DNA of 46,518 bases from Candidatus Hydrogenedentota bacterium (GTDB taxonomy: Bacteria > Hydrogenedentota > Hydrogenedentia > Hydrogenedentales > SLHB01). Location: positions 1 through 46,518 of the forward strand of contig JARKSN010000134.1 in assembly GCA_029974275.1 (NCBI GenBank), in the 5' to 3' direction. This document shows, piece by piece, positions 43,407 through 46,518 of this stretch. A program made the translations under genes and the position numbers. Numbering within the stretch: position 1 is the stretch's first letter; each line of letters begins with the position of its first letter. The notes under the pieces are model-generated. The model was not told the origin of the DNA, did not search any database, and was given only the letters and a program-made list of their open reading frames with translations.

Positions 43407-43685
43407 TTACTTGGTCTTCGGCTTGGATTTGGCTTTGGGCTTAGCCTTGGCGGACGCCTTCTTCGGGGCAGGAGCGTCGCAGGCAGCGGCGCAACAGTAA
43501 AAAAACTTCGCGCTCTCCAGCATGTTGCCCAAGGTGCGTTTGCTTTCATCATCGATGGTCACGCCGATCTTCGCGGCGCTCGCCAGGAATTCCTCCCATT
43601 GGGAGTGGTCCCAGCAACCCTTTTTGCTGGTAACGAATTTTTCGACCAGAGCAAACACTTTTGACAACAAACTCGTCGTAGCCAT
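43407..43685 (-). CDS. Small helical protein with Lys/Ala/Pro-rich (histone H1-like) C-terminal tail
   Basis: 92 aa, AAGGAGG RBS, consensus promoter; tail APAPKKASAKAKPKAKSKPKTK. Confidence 0.8.
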   Translation of the reverse strand: MATTSLLSKVFALVEKFVTSKKGCWDHSQWEEFLASAAKIGVTIDDESKRTLGNMLESAKFFYCCAAACDAPAPKKASAKAKPKAKSKPKTK

Positions 43686-43809
43686 GCTCAGCCTCCTTTT
43701 TGGGCGGGGTTGGCCCGATTTTTCGGCTCGGGCGACCGTCCCTGAAACACGGGGCAGCGGAGCTTCGCGCCACGTTACCTAAGCGCTCCGCACCCGCTTC
43801 TACGAAACC

Positions 43810-43838
43810 ACGATAACCGAAAGCGCTCGGGTTGTCAA
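43810..43838 (-). promoter_or_regulatory. Sigma70 promoter of the small basic protein
   Basis: TTGACA-N17-TATCGT. Confidence 0.7.
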
Positions 43839-43860
43839 CAGGCATTTGTATTGTTGCGCG

Positions 43861-44751
43861 TTACTCTTTAGCTATTGAACCGTCTCCGGCGCCCCCCTCC
43901 TGACTGCCGGGAAACCCCAATGCGATCAGCCCCGCCAATAGCCAGACGCACGCCGATATCCATCCAAACGCGCCAGCCATCGGAGAGGAAGTGAAGGGAA
44001 ACAGGAACTGCCACATTCCAAACACCTGCCCTGCAAAACTCCCCGCGGCAAGGGCGACAAGTCCCACATGTCGGAAGCGCCGCCACAATTCTCCCAAAAC
44101 GATTCCCAGCCCCGTCGCAACACAACACGAACGCATCAACGCAGAAAACGTGTCCTCGTTGCCGAGATACCCCAGAAAAATCAACGGGGCGAAAGAAAGG
44201 CCCCATAGAACGCCCGAAAGCGCATAGGCCTTGACCCGGCCCATCGGGAGCAGTTGCGGCAGCAAATAGGCGCGCCATCCTATCTCGTTACCCAGCAAAA
44301 AAAACGCGCAAATCGTCGATCCCAGAAGAATGCTGAGGAGAAATCCGGCAACCAGGAAAAAAGGCATGGGCGGCAACGAAGCCTCGACGCCTGCCCCCTG
44401 CCGCAAAAAAGGCTCCAATGTCGCAAGCGACCAGTCCGCCTCGTCCAAACCGATCCAAACGGTCACGCCCCATGTCACGGCAAACAGCGCCGGGACGGCA
44501 ATCGATATCCCCCACGCCCACGCCCGAGGCAACGGCCACAGACAAAGTCTCGGCTCCACGTCGCCCGTAACGGCCGAGGCGACAAACGCAGCCAGCGCCG
44601 GCGTCCACAACAACGCGGCAAACGGGATCATCGTCCCCAATCCCGGACGCAGCCGCGCCATAAGTCCCAAGCCATGAAACGCCAGCGCAATGCCAAAGGA
44701 AACGGCAAATACGATTGCAAGATAGAGGATCACGCCCCGCCCATTCTTCAT
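43861..44751 (-). CDS. CPBP (Abi/CAAX protease) family membrane protein with degenerate active site
   Basis: Multi-TM; W.P.LAA, GNEIGWR.YLLP.L and G.LWGL motifs align with CPBP, but the first Glu and both His are replaced. Confidence 0.75.
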   Translation of the reverse strand: MKNGRGVILYLAIVFAVSFGIALAFHGLGLMARLRPGLGTMIPFAALLWTPALAAFVASAVTGDVEPRLCLWPLPRAWAWGISIAVPALFAVTWGVTVWIGLDEADWSLATLEPFLRQGAGVEASLPPMPFFLVAGFLLSILLGSTICAFFLLGNEIGWRAYLLPQLLPMGRVKAYALSGVLWGLSFAPLIFLGYLGNEDTFSALMRSCCVATGLGIVLGELWRRFRHVGLVALAAGSFAGQVFGMWQFLFPFTSSPMAGAFGWISACVWLLAGLIALGFPGSQEGGAGDGSIAKE

Positions 44752-44789
44752 CCCGACAAATCCTCTCCCCGCGGAAGTGACCGCGATGA

Positions 44790-46316
44790 TTATTCAGACA
44801 AAACGGGCAAAATCCGCGAAGGAATCTCGCCGCGCACGGCTTCGACAATCAACGAAAAACCATCCGGCCGGTTTTCGACAAGCGTCACGCGCGCATTGCC
44901 AAACGTCACGCCCTCTTGATAGGAAACGAGACTATACGGGCCAGGCAGGGCGTACAATGCCGTCCTCCCCTCCACGCGAAGCCGGCACGTCCGCGCATCC
45001 ACTCTCTCCAGCGCCACACGCATCATATCCGGTTTTTCATACTGCAACGGCGCGGCAAGCGCCACGCTCCTTGCCGCGCTAAAAGGGGTTTCATGGCGAA
45101 TACTCTCCGAAAGACGCATCGGAGCGCCGCGATAGTATTGGTAATCCGGGATGATCGCGAATGCCTCCCCGGCGGATGACGAACCGATGTCCGCCGCGCG
45201 CTGTACGGATTGGACCAGATTTCCAGCCGCGCGCCAATTCGGCGTCTCGGCGATTTTCATGATGAAGAAAATAACGCATAACAGCGTCGTCAAATACACA
45301 AACGTGCTCCGCCATTTAGCATTGCACTGCATGAGCCGGCTCACCACGCCCGCAAAGGCCAGTGCGCACAAGGCGGTCGCCAGAAGGAGCTTGCCCGCCC
45401 CCCCCATCTGCACCAGATCGATCCCGCCAACGCCTGCGCCCATGAAAACCGCAATCATGCCCGCCGCGCCGACAACGATCGCTTTGTGGCCAAGCGCCCG
45501 GCAAAGCAGCCAAAGGCATGCGAGAAAGAGCGCGCACACCCCCGCAAACAGCCATGGCCATTCATGATAGCGCTGAACCGTCTCCGGCAGCAGCCCGATG
45601 GGATAGACAATGAGGAACAACGACAGCCAGGCGTCCTGAAACTCGGACAGAGACATGGCGTATGAGCCCCCATGCCGCCAGACCGCGGCGCCTCCCGAGA
45701 GAAGGATAGGCGTCATGCGATACAGAAGACGACGGCCTCTTTCTCCAAAAAGCTCCATGAGTGCCGGCACGGCGAAAAGAAACGCATTTTCCCGGTACGC
45801 CATGCCGGCCAACGTCAACGCCGTCAAAGCGACGATCCAGGCCAACGCCCCGCGAACGTCGGCATACGTTGCATACGCCAACAACGCAATCAACGCGGCA
45901 AGACATGGAACAAGGTCCGCCGCGCCGCACAAGGAAAACGTGCTTTCGGTATGCACGGGATTGGCCATGAACAACACCGCGGCAAGCGCGCCTATCCACG
46001 GGGGCGACTTGAGCATGCGAATGACCAGAAAATAAAGACAGAGCATGCACGCATACATCAGCGCGACATTCACGACATGGTATCCCGCGACCGATGCGCC
46101 GAAAGTCTCGATCTCCCATCGCACGAGTTGCGCCGCTCCCATCGGCAGCCCTGCGCCGCGGCTCTCCAACATCGCGTAGTCGCGCCCAAGAGGATAGAGC
46201 GTCACGCTCCACGCATGCACCATCGCCGTATAGACAAGAAGCGCGACGATATCATACAGATACGGCCAACGCATGCGCGTGCGAGCGAGAATCGGTTTTT
46301 CGGCTTCCGCGTTCAT
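44790..46316 (-). CDS. Multi-TM GT-C-fold (PMT/TMTC-like) glycosyltransferase-like membrane protein
   Basis: GYHVVNV.L, AA.LF.A.P.HTES, then about 11 TM helices and a soluble C-terminal domain. Confidence 0.65.
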   Translation of the reverse strand: MNAEAEKPILARTRMRWPYLYDIVALLVYTAMVHAWSVTLYPLGRDYAMLESRGAGLPMGAAQLVRWEIETFGASVAGYHVVNVALMYACMLCLYFLVIRMLKSPPWIGALAAVLFMANPVHTESTFSLCGAADLVPCLAALIALLAYATYADVRGALAWIVALTALTLAGMAYRENAFLFAVPALMELFGERGRRLLYRMTPILLSGGAAVWRHGGSYAMSLSEFQDAWLSLFLIVYPIGLLPETVQRYHEWPWLFAGVCALFLACLWLLCRALGHKAIVVGAAGMIAVFMGAGVGGIDLVQMGGAGKLLLATALCALAFAGVVSRLMQCNAKWRSTFVYLTTLLCVIFFIMKIAETPNWRAAGNLVQSVQRAADIGSSSAGEAFAIIPDYQYYRGAPMRLSESIRHETPFSAARSVALAAPLQYEKPDMMRVALERVDARTCRLRVEGRTALYALPGPYSLVSYQEGVTFGNARVTLVENRPDGFSLIVEAVRGEIPSRILPVLSE

Positions 46317-46328
46317 TACGGCAAGAGT

Positions 46329-46517
46329 CTATTCGCCCGCCCCATGCGGTTCAACCCCCCTCCAACCGTTTTCCTCAAAACAGCGGGCGGCTCTGGCGAA
46401 AACGGCTCGATCGAGCTTGATCCCAACCTCTCCCTCGGACGGCCAAGACAAAAACGCGCGCGGCGCCATGTATCCTGGAAGCGACCGGCGCAGTTCCCGA
46501 TCCAGCCTGCGCGCATC
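46329..46517 (-). CDS. 3' end of a probable AMP-binding (acyl-CoA synthetase-like) enzyme, truncated by window edge
   Basis: Frame not in the ORF track: DARRLDRELRRSLPGYMAPRAFLSWPSEGEVGIKLDRAVF...GAGE*, matching the L...LP.YM.P...K.DR C-terminal motif. Confidence 0.55.
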   Translation of the reverse strand, partial: DARRLDRELRRSLPGYMAPRAFLSWPSEGEVGIKLDRAVFARAARCFEENGWRGVEPHGAGE

Positions 46518-46518
46518 C

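Noticed and set aside
43686..43803. c-di-GMP-I or other known riboswitch
   Set aside because: GGGACG is present, but the GCAAA elements and consensus layout are missing.
46316..46516. 66-aa ORF from the track
   Set aside because: A different minus-strand frame ending at 46329 carries an AMP-binding C-terminal motif and is more credible.

Overview
GC-rich bacterial chromosomal window, mostly core and catabolic genes, with no mobile elements, CRISPR arrays, rRNA or tRNA visible. The gene style tentatively suggests Ca. Hydrogenedentes or a similar lineage; this is inference and was not verified. It opens with the 3' part of a giant Ig-repeat surface protein ending in a VPxxxP-type C-terminal sorting signal, followed by leuS, a HAD phosphatase and an O-antigen-ligase-like gene. 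Next come a coupled minus-strand operon (glutaminyl-cyclase-like M28 enzyme, GAF histidine kinase, small membrane protein, TPR/Zn-ribbon membrane protein), a CoA transferase, an OPA-type MFS transporter, SMUG1, a GH38, a heparinase II/III-like protein and murA-hisD-hisC-M48 peptidase. These are followed by a beta-helix protein, tpiA-secG, a B12 radical SAM enzyme, hflX, a ceramidase-like hydrolase, rplM-rpsI and secA. The window ends with a block of apparently degenerate membrane enzymes and a small protein with a histone-H1-like tail. The most notable signals are: (1) a 48-aa ORF with a strong RBS and leader/core architecture (MKHLANISALPKAA|Q...) upstream of murA; (2) an animal-type glutaminyl cyclase-like gene that could act on N-terminal Gln peptides; (3) the small basic protein with a consensus promoter and a structured 5' leader; (4) sulfatase and CPBP genes lacking catalytic residues.
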